DNA of 63,989 nucleotides, the filler included, from Circinaria calcarea (lineage: Eukaryota): the NCBI GenBank assembly GCA_051942165.1. It is 4 parts of 4 records of this genome, joined end to end, with 100 filler letters (N's around TTAATTAATTAA, not from the genome) between each part and the next. Parts side by side here need not be neighbours in the genome. Positions count along the whole stretch, not along the records: positions 1 to 16,178 come from JAVECS010000331.1; positions 16,279 to 32,370 come from JAVECS010000332.1; 2 more parts are not named here. One strand, 5' to 3'. The notes below the pieces were generated by a model. The model worked only from the letters and a program-made list of their open reading frames with translations. It was not told where the DNA came from and made no database searches. The translations under genes were made by a program, and so were the position numbers. Of the stretch, positions 12,945-25,565 are shown one piece after another. How positions within the stretch are numbered: position 1 is the first letter of the stretch; each line of letters starts with the position of its first letter.

Positions 12945-14000
12945 GTCCATCGGGAACGGATGTGAAGTTTACAATGGTAAGATGGTAAACTGCTCGTCAT
13001 TTGCTCCAAAAACGTACAAATTTATATAATAGAAAGAAGAGCTGGATTGTTCTATTATACATACGGATGAATTGGTCACGATAGAGTTACAAAAAGGAAC
13101 CAAGATATTCAAAGCATATGAAATTACTGCTCTGTTTGCTCGAAGGTCGTACCTGAAATAAAAAAAAATGTCTACTAATACATTTACAAGAACCATCTTC
13201 ATCATCTACCTCCTTTTCCCACCACTCTAATCCCCTCTTATACCTTAGCTGCCTTTTTCTCCCCTCCCTCTTCCCTCTTCCCCTTTCTTACTTCCCCCAT
13301 CTAAGAAATCCCCGATCCTCTCACATGCATATTCTACTTCCTAGCAGGGTTCTTGGGATTGGGCTTAGAGTAAGGGTAGAGAAAAGAAGGCAGATAGTAG
13401 CTGCCATTTCGGTAGAGTAAGGTAGTCAGCCAGTCTATCCTGCCTTCCAGCTAGCCGGGCCCGACTAACTATCTAGCTCCTTTTCGTACCTTACCTCCAA
13501 GCATGTTCAGAGAGGGGGGATTCGTCCCGTCTCCACTTCGCACGGTGGTCATGCTAAATATTGATCTCTCACTCTGTGTGCGAGGAAGGTATCTCATTCA
13601 TTGAGGCCTATGGACAGGCCTTTGGGATCTGGGCATACGACGATTGAGCTTTCTCAAACAGGGAGAGGAAGCATAGAGGTCACGGGGTTTGTGAATTTGC
13701 ACGTGGTGTGCGGTTCCTTCCTCGATGGTAATTCTAGCCGTTTGTCTGTGAAATATTCCGATTAGGGCTAGAGACGGCTTTACCCCGCTATCAATTGCCT
13801 GATACAACCGCGAAGAACTGCCATATTCGGACTCCAGTCAGATGGAAATCCCACTAGTCGCCGTGAATATGATTCAGGCCACGTGAGACTTTATAAGACT
13901 TCATCTTTCCACATCTCCCCTCCACTCTTGCTCTCCAACATCATCCAGTTCATCTCTCGGAAGCGGACTCTGCCTGATCCATACATTCCTCAGCCGAATC

Positions 14001-15277
14001 ATGCATCTTTCTCCCTTTATTCATAGTGTTTGTACAGTGCTGCTCGTTGTAGCAGGTGCATTCGCTGCTCCCTTTTACAACTCCACGTTCAGCCAGGAGG
14101 GATTCGATAATGCTTCTATAACATCTTCAACTGGTGACGAAGCCGTGTGCATCACTGGCAATGTTCGAGTTACCGCGTTCACCAACGCAAACGTGAATCT
14201 CCGTATCCCCGAACCTACCAATCAGACAGAAGTCACAGAAGGTGTCGTCCAGTATCTGCAGGTCAACAACGCTGGACTTGCTGTGCTTGTCAACGGCGGC
14301 CCCAGCACGGTATCAGGAACTTACACAATCAATGCCAAACTGTGCTTCCCCAACGGTTGGTCTCCTGGGAATTCGTCAAAGACCATTCAATTCCTGATTC
14401 ACGGATTTGGATTCGACAAGTGCTATTGGGACTTTGCCAAGGGATACAGTTTCGTTGACATTGCAGCAGCGGCCGGTTATCCCACATTCTCGTATGACCG
14501 TCTAGGTGTTGGACTGTCCGACCACCCCGATCCGATTCAGGTGGTGCAAACACCCTTAGAAATCGAGATCGCCCACACCCTGATCCAATCCCTCCGCGCC
14601 GGGAAGTTTGCCGGGCAGAGATTTGAACGCGTCGTTGGCGTTGGCCATGCTTTTGGTTCCATCCAGGTGGTGGGTGTCACAGATCTCTATCTCGAAGACT
14701 TCGACGCGGTCGTCCTGACAGGGTTTACGCTCCGTTACAACGATATCTCATTGGCGGTAGCTGGACTTGGCAGCGCCATCGCAAGCCAAAACCAGCCTTC
14801 AAGGTTTGCAGGCCTTCCAAACGGCTATCTGGTGACCGATACCTTGATCTCCAACCAGTTCGTCAACGCTCGATTTCCCCACTTCGATCCCGCACGTAAG
14901 CACATCAATCTTCCATCTCCATCCTCGGACCCCAACTGACAGAATCACACCATCTAGTCTTGGCTCAAGCTGACGCAAACAAACAAACCTTCACCCTCGG
15001 CGAGATCTTCACCTTCGCCAACGGCATCGATCCCTCTCCTTCCTTTACCGGCCCAGTAGATGTCGTGGACGGGGCTAACGACTTTCTGTTCTGCCAGGGC
15101 GACTGTACCTATCCGTTAGACCAGGCCGCCGTCATTCAGCAAATTTTATATCCTGCCGCGACCAACGGGTCCGAGAGTCTCCTGGTTCCGGGGGTTGGGA
15201 ACGCGATAAGTTTGCACTATGATGCCGGGAAGGCGTACCAGCAAGTCCAGACGTTTGTGGGGAGGAATGGATTGTAA
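14001..15277 (+). CDS. Secreted alpha/beta-hydrolase-fold protein with a degenerate catalytic triad; 1 intron (14896-14957)
   Basis: Signal peptide MHLSPFIHSVCTVLLVVAGAFA, then LIHGFGFDKCYWD, YDRLGVGLSDHPDP, VGVGHAFGS, VVLTGF, GPVDVVDGANDFLFC and GNAISLHY. Confidence 0.85.
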
Positions 15278-15828
15278 GCCGGGCGTGACGGTGAGGTGTC
15301 AGGGAAACAATAGTGGTAAGAGATAGCTCCGTCTGATCTCATTGACGGTGTTTGGCATATCATGAACTTTTAGGTCCAAAAGCACTTGCATTGTAGTTCA
15401 TGCAGAGAGGCAACAATCAGACAAGAGTGTTAATCACACTCTTCTCCCCCTGCTATAAACATCAAAAGTCCCATGACCCAAGAGAATATATGTACCCACC
15501 TGAGAAGGGAAAAGGATAGCCCATCAGAACTCCATCTCGTACGGACATTCGGAACGAAGTATAAATCCAATACCTTTGATACTCCGAAAAAAAGTAGAAT
15601 TTTACTTTTTCGATTTCGATTTGATCCTTGCAAAACATCCATCACAAAAGAGAAAGAAAACGGCAACAACGGTCCAAATACCTACCATAACCTATGAAAG
15701 ACGATACTTGTATCTAAATCCGAAGGACTGCCACAAAATAAAATTGGAAAACCCCTTACTTACCTACCTTCCGTACCATACGGGTAGATGAATGTATTCG
15801 TCATCCGATACGATTCGACACCAAGCGT

Positions 15829-15966
15829 TTGCTTCTGCTTCTGCTTCTGCTTCTGCTATGTAGACTAGTCACTAGTTAGATTAGATTAGATTGCGGGGGG
15901 AATTTTTAAAGGTTAAAGGGTGGCGGGGCGTCTTGCACTTCCGTAGCGTAGCCTAGCCTAGCCTAG
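15829..15966. repeat. Cluster of short simple repeats: (GCTTCT)n, (TTAGA)n, (GCCTA)n
   Basis: Directly visible tandem units of 3-5 copies each. Confidence 0.8.
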
Positions 15967-16043
15967 CGTAACTTGCTACACGGTTAGGAGAAAGGAAAGG
16001 TAGGGAGTGAATCTCGTGAGTTGGTAAAGAAGGGGTTGCTGCG

Positions 16044-16178
16044 TTTTGAGTTTTGAGTTTTGAGTTTTGAGTTTTGAGTTTTGAGTTTTGAGTTTTGAGT
16101 TTTGAGTTTTGAGTTTTGAGTTTTGAGTTTTGAGTTTTGAGTTTTGAGTTTTGAGTTTTGAGTTTTGAGTTTTGAGTT
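16044..16178 (+). repeat. (TTTTGAG)n heptanucleotide satellite, ~19 copies, running into the contig end
   Basis: Perfect 7-bp tandem repeat up to the N run. Confidence 0.97.
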
Positions 16179-16278
16179 NNNNNNNNNNNNNNNNNNNNNN
16201 NNNNNNNNNNNNNNNNNNNNNNTTAATTAATTAANNNNNNNNNNNNNNNNNNNNNNNNNNNNNNNNNNNNNNNNNNNN
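16179..16278. other. Artificial contig-joining spacer (44N + TTAATTAATTAA + 44N)
   Basis: A six-frame stop linker between N runs, identical at three places in the window. Confidence 0.97.
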
Positions 16279-17336
16279 CGGCCATGAAGGGTTTCAAACA
16301 TGGAACGGTCGTGGCCAGGATGGCGTAACCGAGCTGGATTTGGGTGCAGCAGGCTGTGGCTGCGGCGGTCAAAGTAGGGTTGGAGGATTGAATCTCACGG
16401 TTCAAGTAGTAGAGGCGAAGGCTGCACACCAGGATAACTCTATTTGGTCCCCGACGACGGGTTAGAGGGAGAAAGGACATCTAGGAGCAGGGTTCTACTC
16501 ACGGCAGGCGGGAGCCAAACGCCGCCACGACAATGGCTTTTGATTTCCAGCGCATCTTGAGTCCCCAAACCAGGTAAAACGACATGGAGAAAAGGGCCAC
16601 CTCAATGATGTTGTCAAAAATACCAATCATCAGCCATCGAACAAACTAAACACATAAGTCCCAATCCGCAGACAGCCTGGGACTTGACTCACAAGATGTG
16701 GACACTTTGCACTGATGTCCATCCAAGGGTGCGCAGCGTTGCAACGGATTGCGACCAAGAGAATAGATATAAACGCCCAGAGTGCAGAGGCAGTAATAAT
16801 CGCCCAAATGGCTCGAGAATGGTTACGACTCCGGGTCAAGCGTAGATACAATAAAGCAAGGGCACACTTGGAGAGGAAGAGGGTAAAGATGTAGAGGATG
16901 TCGCTGGCGTAGGCAGTCTATGCAAGTCAGGGCAGTGCTTGAGTTCAATGGTCAGGTCCAACCTTTTGTAGCGAGACAAGCTCCCGGGGGTCGATGAGTT
17001 CTTCGGACTGGCCAAACCCATAGCGCACTTGAACAAAAACAACGGCGGACTGAATGCAAGCAAATATCTACTGTCCGTCAGTGGAAAGGATAGCCATGTT
17101 TCGTCATCGCACCGAGGCGTCAATACCACAGACCCAGTCAGGAGAGTGTCGTCGTGCTGAAAAGGACCATTCTTGTATCTAACGTACAGACGAATAAGAA
17201 ATGAAAGCAAGACGATGCTCAAGGCCAAGGCAGTTATAATTGCGATCAAGCCGCCCTGATCGGTCGCAGTGATGAATTTCAAGGGTGGTGATATACCCGG
17301 CAAGATTGACGGAGCTGACGCAGCCGACGCAGCCAT
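16279..17336 (-). CDS. PTH11-like (fungal rhodopsin-domain) integral membrane protein, 3' end truncated by the contig edge
   Basis: MAASAASAPS...LSFLIRLYVR...DDTLL, GFG, YASDILYIFTLFLSKC, AIRCNAAHPW, KAIVVAAFGSRL and TQIQLGYAILATTVPCLKPFM. Confidence 0.85.
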
Positions 17337-18568
17337 GCCAGTGGTGCTGCACGCGCGACGAGACCAATCTCTAATCGCATCAGATGAACGGTATGCGCAT
17401 TCAATAAGATACAAAGCCGTGGAGGGAGCAACAGCACCTTGTCTTTGATCCCCGAGGGCCTCACCGGCTTAAGTGTTTAAAAATCCAAATAGACATGTCA
17501 TCCTGCCTATTCCCACCCGCCCAGTTTCTTATGCAGGGCACAGGAGATGCCACAAAAGCAGTTGAATGGGCTGAGAGACAAGCGCCATGCGACACCTGGC
17601 TGCTATTAGAAATGGAAGGGAAAGAGATTTGAAGGCGGTGACCGACACCTGAGCAAGACTCGTTCATGTCCCTCATTCAGTCGACCCATCGGCGCACCGA
17701 GCCAAGCTCGCCGACCTTCGAATACCTTCGACTCACTTCATTCGCTACCGTATCTCAATGCTCGATGCGGGCGTTATGCAAAGCGAAGACCAAAGCCGGC
17801 TTCTACCCCCGTTCATGACCCAATTAATCAGAGTTTGGCTCGTTCCCGATGCCGTCAGTGGTGCTTTGGCTTTTGCTCTTTGCTTTTGCTTCGTAAAGCT
17901 TACCGGTACGGGCGTAAGATTGGGCCGGTTGGAATTGGCCCGATTGACTTGGCAGCCTAATTGCCCCAGACTTTACTAGTACTCCGTAGTCCGGCCCGAT
18001 CCCGCTGCACAACATAACCCTACCACCGGACTACCGCGACAGGGGTGTGGTCCGGAAGGGTGTGGCCGTTACGATGAGTGTTCCGTAAGCAAAGCAGCAG
18101 CTGGAGAAAAAAAGGCAACAGTCAGACGAGGCTCAATCTCCCGATGGTTACACCACGTAACGTCCGACAAAATCCTCCTTCTGCAGCGATGAAGGAAGGC
18201 TGTTTGCCGCCGTTTCTCGGCCCTACCCAATGCGACGTCAAGATGTGCCAAACCACCAATCGAAGTGCCTTCACAGTACATATTACACCCGACACCCTTG
18301 GCGATGTTCCTCCGCATGTGAAATTTCATGAATGTTATTGCTCTGAGCAAAGAGGGGTGGGCGACGAATGGTGATTGGGTGGAGTGTGTCGGGAAGGATT
18401 CCTAAGAAACGGAACCTTCGGGATACTCCACCCGGTCCTGTCTGACCCGTTCGAATGCATCAGGACACATGATATGGTTATGGGCCACTTGAGCTTCAGC
18501 TAGTTAAAAGAACGTGGTGCAAGGCCGTAAATAGCTGATAGGGCATCACGATGCCCCGCGCAGCATAA

Positions 18569-20507
18569 CTACCATCTATCCTCTTCCCTTCCTTCCACAT
18601 GAATCACGGGCCCATCGTATACCTTCATCCCCTGTGCCCAGTACATGACCAGACTCAGAACAGCGACGCCAGCAAACATTACCACACTCCAGTTAAACGT
18701 CGTTAGATCCACCGGCGTGGAGTCGGGCCAAAACGCCCAGAAAAAGACAAACAGCACGTACACCAGGCCGATGATGTTGATAGGCACACCGAGGCGGCCC
18801 AGGCTCCAACGAGCCGGGGGTAAAAGCTCCGGATGGTAGAGACGACGATAGAGCACGCAGCCGATGGAAGTAAAGTAGGTGAGCATCAGGGCAACAACTT
18901 GAAGGGAGATGATGGCATGGAAGGCAACGTCCGAGCCGAGGTTAATGAGCGAGAGGAGGGCGGTAATTAAGCAGGACAAAGTGACGGCGTTGACGGGGAT
19001 TTGCCTGATTGGGTCCACATGAGAGATCCACCCGGCAAACGGAAGGCCTTTATCGCGAGCAAAAGCGAAGGTCTGACGGGCAGTAGATGCGTTGAAGGAA
19101 ATATTACTCGCAATGACGAGGATGAGGAGAAGGATTGTCAGAGCGTTAACACCGCTGGTGGAAACAGCGTTGCGGAAAACGTAGAGAAATGGGTAGGTGG
19201 AAGGATCGTTGAGAGCGTCGTCGACGGACTGGATGCAGAACAGGTATGTGATGAGGAGGATGATACCCAGGATGCCATTGAGAATAAAACTCCAGAACAT
19301 GGCCAGCGGCACGCTTCTACCTGCATCCTTGGTCTCCTCCGCCATGTGAGCGGTCGCGTCTGAACCTTAACGTCCCGTCAGCTGGAAAGACTTGAAGGGT
19401 AAAGAGTTTTTCCTCTAATCTTACATAGGGAGCTGTAAACGGCCGAGATTTGACCGACCATGAGACTCAATCCTGTCGACGACCATCCTCCGCTATTTGT
19501 GAACTGAGTGAAGACAGCGCTAGCCGATTGGCGTGGCGATGTGACCCATAAAACAACAATGATGATGAGGAAGGTGAAGATGTGGAGGATCAATAAAAGG
19601 TTCTGAATCAGAGGCATTGCTTTCGCCCCGTAGACGTTGAAGACCCAGATCACAACGACCATAGCAAAGACAAAAAGCGTCCCCTGCCAGTTCGTCGGTT
19701 CGTAGTCAGGCTTGTTGACAGTTAAAAGGCCTTGGATAATAGTTCCGGTGAGGAAGGATCCAGAGGCAGCCCCAGCTTGCCATGATAGCGTCGACATCCA
19801 CCCTAATGTCTTATCAGACGCGACCTTGATGATCAGATTAATGGGGTATTTCAGTACCTATCACGTAGCTCAAGAATTTCTGATATCGCGGCGGTGCGAA
19901 CTCCGAGACCCAATGGTATTGTCCACCAGAAATAGGAGCCCTGGAAGGTACCGGTTAGAAAGGAGCGAGTGCTGCAAAGGCCTTTTGACCAACATCGACG
20001 CCATCTCGGCAAGTGATGCAATGACAATGCCAAATCCGACGAACGTCCAGATATATGACCAGAACAGGCCAGCCAGTCCACCATCGACAAGTCCCTGGGT
20101 GTTGGCGCTAGTGAAGAAAACACTTAGATGACAGTCTTTGCGATGATGGTCGACACGGCCAACCTACATCAAGAGAAACTCCCAGGTGGCTTGTAACATG
20201 ACCGTGAAGCTCAATGCGGACAGCGGGCGGAAATTTCTCTAACGGGTATTTCAGCCGGGGTTCAGGGCACAGAAAGCCATCGCCGGCCTGCTTTACAAAC
20301 CATGAGCTCTTGACGCCTGCCCATACGCTGCATATCTCTCCGGTCATTCACTGTGAAGCCACGACGGCGAGGTTCAGCGTCGCCATCCTCAATGCCGTCG
20401 GTATTCTCAGCGCAGCTTTCATTCGATTCTTTTATCATCTTTCTCGAGTACTGCACCGGCAACTTTCCAGCCACCTCACGATCGGTGATTTCGCATGAAG
20501 AGGTCAT
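18569..20507 (-). CDS. Amino-acid/GABA/choline permease (APC superfamily); multi-exon
   Basis: DMQRMGRRQEL|RNFRPLS, GGLAGLFWSY, SLAEMASM|APISGGQYHWVSEFAP, GWMSTLSWQ, HMAEETKDA, ARQTFAFARDKGLPF and FNWSVVMF. Confidence 0.93.
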
Positions 20508-21320
20508 TGTTCCCAGCAGTCTACGAGAGAACGAAGTGGAGAGAGGGATTGCGCCTAAGAGTGGACAGAAAAATCGAGTAGACGGCTGAAAAACAAATGC
20601 GAAAGGCAAATTAGGAAGAATGCGGCTCAACGCCTTTGGTCCTCCAGTAGTGGATTCGCCATGCGCTTTTTCTCCATAGGGTGGGTAGAAAGACCAAAAG
20701 GGAAGGTTCAGGAAGCTGAGGTCACGGACATAAAACCCTCATGTGCATGAGTAAAGTGATCTAGAACACCGCTTACTCGGTCGAAGAACGGAAATTATAA
20801 ACGAGGATCTTACTGCATATGCAGCCCCTTGCTATCCACGCGTACAACACCACTCCAATCTTCCTAATTGGCTCCACCCCCACAATTATTAGGCCATTAG
20901 AATTCATAATTCGGATAAATAATTTGCTTTTTTCACTGCGCCCTCGAATCACTGTGTTGACAAATACGGAGTTGGCATAGAAGAACACAAAATTGGATTA
21001 GCGATGAAGCCGAACATGTACGTGATTTAACTGAATCGATACTCTCCCATCTAGTGAGAGAACATCAGTACTGAACACTAAGCCTATCTGGAAATCGTTA
21101 GCCGTTGAGTGTTAGAGACCTTTCCCCGTAAGGTTCCATCCTGGTCCAGCTTCTTAGACTCAGTTGAGATCCACGGACGAGGCATCAGTTTATCGTACGC
21201 AGGACCAAAGCACCTCCTGGATGCTCACTGCACACTTGCCCAAGTAAATTATATAGACGATGCAAAATGATCCTGCCCCAGCCATCCACCATCTTACACG
21301 CAGACAGCAAGCATATCGTC

Positions 21321-22560
21321 TCAGAACCTCCTCCTTCTAAATGCCCACCACGCCCTCCACGGTAACCGCCACTCCCTCCTCCTGACCTCCTCCCTAAAGG
21401 CATCGAAATCCACCCGCTGCAGCCTCTCCAGCCAGAGGCCCGTACTCACAGCCGGCCCCATTAGCACTCCGAACGCCTGTTCAACTTCCGCCAGCTGGGT
21501 GTTCGACTTCGTAGAAGATTGGGATGAGGCGTAGATGTGCCCTTCCTCGCCTTCATGCTCATAACCGTGACCGACCTCTTCGCCTCGGCGGAGGTTATCT
21601 AGCATGGAGCGTGCGGTGATGAGGTGATCGCTTGCACGCGTGGCAACGGTGAAGACCGCGTCTCGTAGCCCCAGTGCTTCGGCGCCCTGTCGGAGAACGT
21701 CTTCTTCGCGTACCCCCGTGGACGCCATGACGTCGAGAGGGAGCGTCACGACACCTTGTGCCCGTCTTCCGCGCTGGTCCTGAACCATAGGACTCAGGCC
21801 CGCATTATTGGAGTGGTGGTTTGGTGGTGGAGGGAAAGCAAGGAGAGGCAGCCCGCGCAAAACGGCAGCAATACCGGCCGCTTTCCCGATATGCGAGGCC
21901 AGATGGTCGGCAGTCAGGGAGGAGAGGGGGAGTGATTGCAGTGTCAGATAGAGGAGGGTGGAATAAGTGCTTTCGGCATACTTTTCCAGCGCGTCGAGTG
22001 TAGGGTAGGGGGCATTGGTGAGGTATTGCTCCCGTGCGGCGATGACGCGCATGAACCAGCTCTTGCTCAGACTGGACCTGCCATTTGTTCGTGCGGAGAG
22101 AGTGTTGAGGACGTGTGCGAGGAGGATGGCAACCGGCTGTTTGGGGGGCCGTCCGGCGAAGGCGGAGTTTACGTTGTCTCGCCAGAATTGCAAGCGGAGG
22201 GCGCCGACATGGGGTGTGGAGACGGTATCGGCAATACGGGCTATCTCGAGGTTGAAGGCGCGGATGGAGAGGTATGCTGTTTGGGAGGAAGGAGGAATGA
22301 AGGGGAGGAGGGTGTAGGAGGGAGAATCATATTTTCTGGTTTGACAATTTAATTTGGGCCGGAATGAGCAATGGATTGGAATGGCCACTGTACTTGAGTA
22401 GATCTGAGCAGTATGCTCTAGCTGATTGAACTTCTGCGGCTGAAGCTCCAGATGAGGCGCTGGGGCTGTAGCTGGCTGTACTCAGTAGAGAACTTGAGAC
22501 GTAAATGGTCTCTCGGTTCACAGCGGATCTGAGGCGTACACTGGCACGGGTTGAGTGCAT
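21321..22560 (-). CDS. NDUFAF6: NADH dehydrogenase complex I assembly factor 6 homolog (squalene/phytoene synthase fold)
   Basis: ARAYCSDLLK|YDSPSYTL, AYLSIRAFNLEIARIAD, LRLQFWRD, LEKYAESTYSTLLYL, HIGKAAGIAAVLRGLP and LERLQRVDFDAF. Confidence 0.88.
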
Positions 22561-22941
22561 TGTAGGACTAGGTTGTTGGGGATAGTTTGATCATCCGGTG
22601 AATGCACATATTATCCGGCATATCTACAAATTGCCATATCTTATAAATGGCTTGCTTGGGAAAGGGGTTTGATCGATGGAATACAACAATGTTTTCAGTG
22701 CCGTTCAAGCACGGTTTTGGGTTCTGCTGAGGACCGAGGATAACGCACGAAGGATATAATACGTTAATTCTCACATTTGTAAGAGAGACTGATCGCAGAA
22801 GTGAAGGTCCAGAATCATTAACAAGGTTACAATTCTCGATTCAGATTTTAGTGAACTGCCTATCCTATCATTTCAAGTCGCTGATTTGAATAAAGACTTC
22901 GCTATTGCTCAGATATCCCACCGCTAAGACACTGGCCATGT

Positions 22942-24743
22942 TCATCCAATGTGCAGCTTTTCCTTGATTTTCTGACCCATGCTTGGTTTCGACGATGTGT
23001 CCGATGTATCAACACTGGCGGAGCTATTTGAAACCCCAGAAGCTTCACGGTGGACACCCTTCTCCTCGAGTAGACCTGCGGTTGATGTTTAGTCTGGTGA
23101 ACGAACAAATTGATAGCAGAAGGTGGCTCACGATCGGCTTCTCTACCTGCACCTGGCTTGGCAGCATCAAAATCACCTCCATCCGCAGCCATCCCGGTCG
23201 TCTTGACATATTTCTCGCCCGTCCCCTCTCCCTTGCTTGGAGCTCCAGGGCCGCTCTCGGGCTCCTGTCCGGGGTGTAAGCCACCACCAGGAGCCCCAGA
23301 GCTCTGAGCCTTTTCTGCGGCAGCCTTTGCTCCCACAATAGCGTCAGACTCATCTCCTGCTGGCTCTTCGGTCGGACGCTCAGCTCCCTGATGCTGCGCT
23401 TTTGGTGCCTGTCCGGAGGTAGGATCTGCACCGACAGACGGTTCTACTCCACCTACCCCGCCAATCGGTCCATGAGCATGGCCAATGGAGTTGGTAGAAG
23501 GCTCGTTGGTGGAAGACGGCTCAACAACCTGGAACTTGGGATCGTTGCTGTGCATGCTGGTTACACCTGTCTTATCAGTTTCATGCTCAGGCCGGGGACG
23601 ACCGGCGCCAGTAACGTTGGCACCTTGAGCAATACCAGGCCCAGATAAGCTATCGGATTCTCCACCCGGGCGGCGAGCCGAGTTTGTTGACGTGTTTGCC
23701 CTTACATTGCTCCCGGTTGTGTCGTACGTGTCTCTGGAGCTCCCACCAGTGGTATCGCCAGTGTTGGAAGAGCTGTCGCGGTCGGAATCCACACGGGAGT
23801 CAATCTTGTTTGCTAGCCCTGATGAATTAGGGCCTTCATTTCCTATTCTCGCGGTCTCGGTAGTAGAGCTATATTCCCCAGATGATCCTGTATATCCGCC
23901 AGTCGATCCAGTGTACTCGCTGGTGGACCCGGTCTGACCTGTTGGATAAGAAGAGGTGTTAGCCTCAGTCGAGTGCGAGCTGGATCCAGGCCCGGTAGTT
24001 GTTTCCAAGTCCGATGGTCCGGACTTGGGCTTGCCGTCTCCATCCGAATCTACCTTTGGATCTAATTTATTGGCAATGGAGGTTTGGTGAGGGCCTTGAT
24101 TATGGGGGTCAGGACCGCCTCGGTCACGGCCAAAAGTATTCTCGACTCCTGATTGACTTTCCACTCCTGTCCGACTCTCGGCTCCCGATTGACTCTCAAC
24201 TTTTGGTTGACTCTCGATACCTGATTTATAGTCGACTCCTGGTTGACCTTGGTGACCTGATTGACTCTCAATTCCTGATTGACTCTCGCCTCCCGGTTGA
24301 CTCTTAGCTCCTGGTTGACTATCGGCCCCTGGTTGACTCTCGACTCCTGGTTGACCTTGTGTCATGTTAGCAATTACCGAACAGCAAGCGTGTTTAGGCA
24401 ACACTCTGAGTCTAATGTGTCCATCTCGGAATCGAGTCTCCTGAGCAACACCCATCGTTTTGTAGCTACCTCATCCGCGACCACGAACGGAAGATAGCGT
24501 ACAAGTACGTTTGAGTCACAGGAGCTCACAAGTTGAAGGGTAGGTCCGACGCTTCGCCAAGATCGAGAACGAAAACACTCAATTGACAACAAATATGGTA
24601 TGGCATTTACCAGCTTCGTTTCCAGCATCATAAGGCTCTGACGCCGTACCGGTCCCAGTCTGTCCCGACACAGGCTCTGTCCCAGATTGGGTTTCAGACT
24701 GGGTCCCGCTGCTCCCGAAGATGGCGTTCTTGATGGTCTCCAT
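22942..24743 (-). CDS. Gly/Ser/Thr-rich hydrophilic protein with GPH-x-x-x-ANKLDPxVDSD motifs (conserved fungal stress/'surface' protein family); 3 exons
   Basis: Exon 1 METIKNAIFGSSGTQSETQSGTEPVSGQTGTGTASEPYDAGNEA, then GPHQTSIANKLDPKVDSDGDG, KYVKTTGMAADGGDFDAAKPGAGREADR|LLEEKG and the end SMGQKIKEKLHIG*. Confidence 0.8.
24142..24357 (-). repeat. 18-bp coding minisatellite, ~12 copies, encoding (E/D)SQ(P/S)Gx hexapeptides
   Basis: GAGAGTCAA(C/T)CAGGA-type units, translating to GQPGVESQPGADSQPGAKSQPGGESQSGIESQSG... Confidence 0.85.
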
Positions 24744-25565
24744 ATCGAGTAGGAGAATTGATCAGCGGGGGCTTTCAATTGAAAAGAGCTGCAGAAGTGG
24801 GGTAAACAGTGTCTGCTCTCGGGAAGACCCAAAGTCAGCATCGACTCTTTAAACGTAGAACAATGCAAGTCTCCAATAACCGGACTGGGACTCACTCTGA
24901 TCTATGATCGTGAGGTTTATGAGAAGGGGAGATAGGTCGAGTGATCTGGAAGTAGGGAGAATGGGCGGGTTATCATAAAATATCCGTTTGGACGTTGACC
25001 CCACTCCTAGCCTTGGACGTGCCTCAGGCGCCTATCTGGAAAGTCAAATGACACACGTAATTCCCTACGCTATCGCGGTCCCACAATCACCATAGGTCCA
25101 GCCCTGCCCGGAATTAGACCCGGATCCAAGGTTTTTTGGCTGTCAGGGATGGCGGGGCAGTTCGGGCATATGTCCAATGACGTAAAGACCCCTCGGTTGC
25201 GTCAATGATGAGAGCGACCCCTCCACCTACACGTGCACCTTCAAGCCCTAATCGGTGTTTACTCTCGGAAGTCAAAGTCAAAAGGTAAGGGGCAACAGAT
25301 AGGAATCGAGATATCCTATTTCGATGTAATATTCTAGCCAATCCGAGTCGCCGATCACTCTCCTTCTTGTCCTGCCCTAAAAAATAATTGTGCGTGATAA
25401 TGTTGATTGTACTCCTTCCATGGTCTGCTAATCCAATGTCCCTGCTATCAATGCTTTACCCCGGTGCACTTTTTCGCTATGCAAAACCAACTTCAGCCTC
25501 CAACCTTTATATTACCCGTACTCCACCTTATGCGCCGGCAAAGAATGTAGGTACCTAGATCTTCG

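Noticed and set aside
16044..16178. Telomere
   Set aside because: The unit TTTTGAG is not the Pezizomycotina TTAGGG repeat, and contig breakage at a satellite explains its position.
16223..16234. TTAATTAATTAA as a piggyBac target site or regulatory palindrome
   Set aside because: It sits inside N runs and recurs identically three times, so it is an assembly linker.
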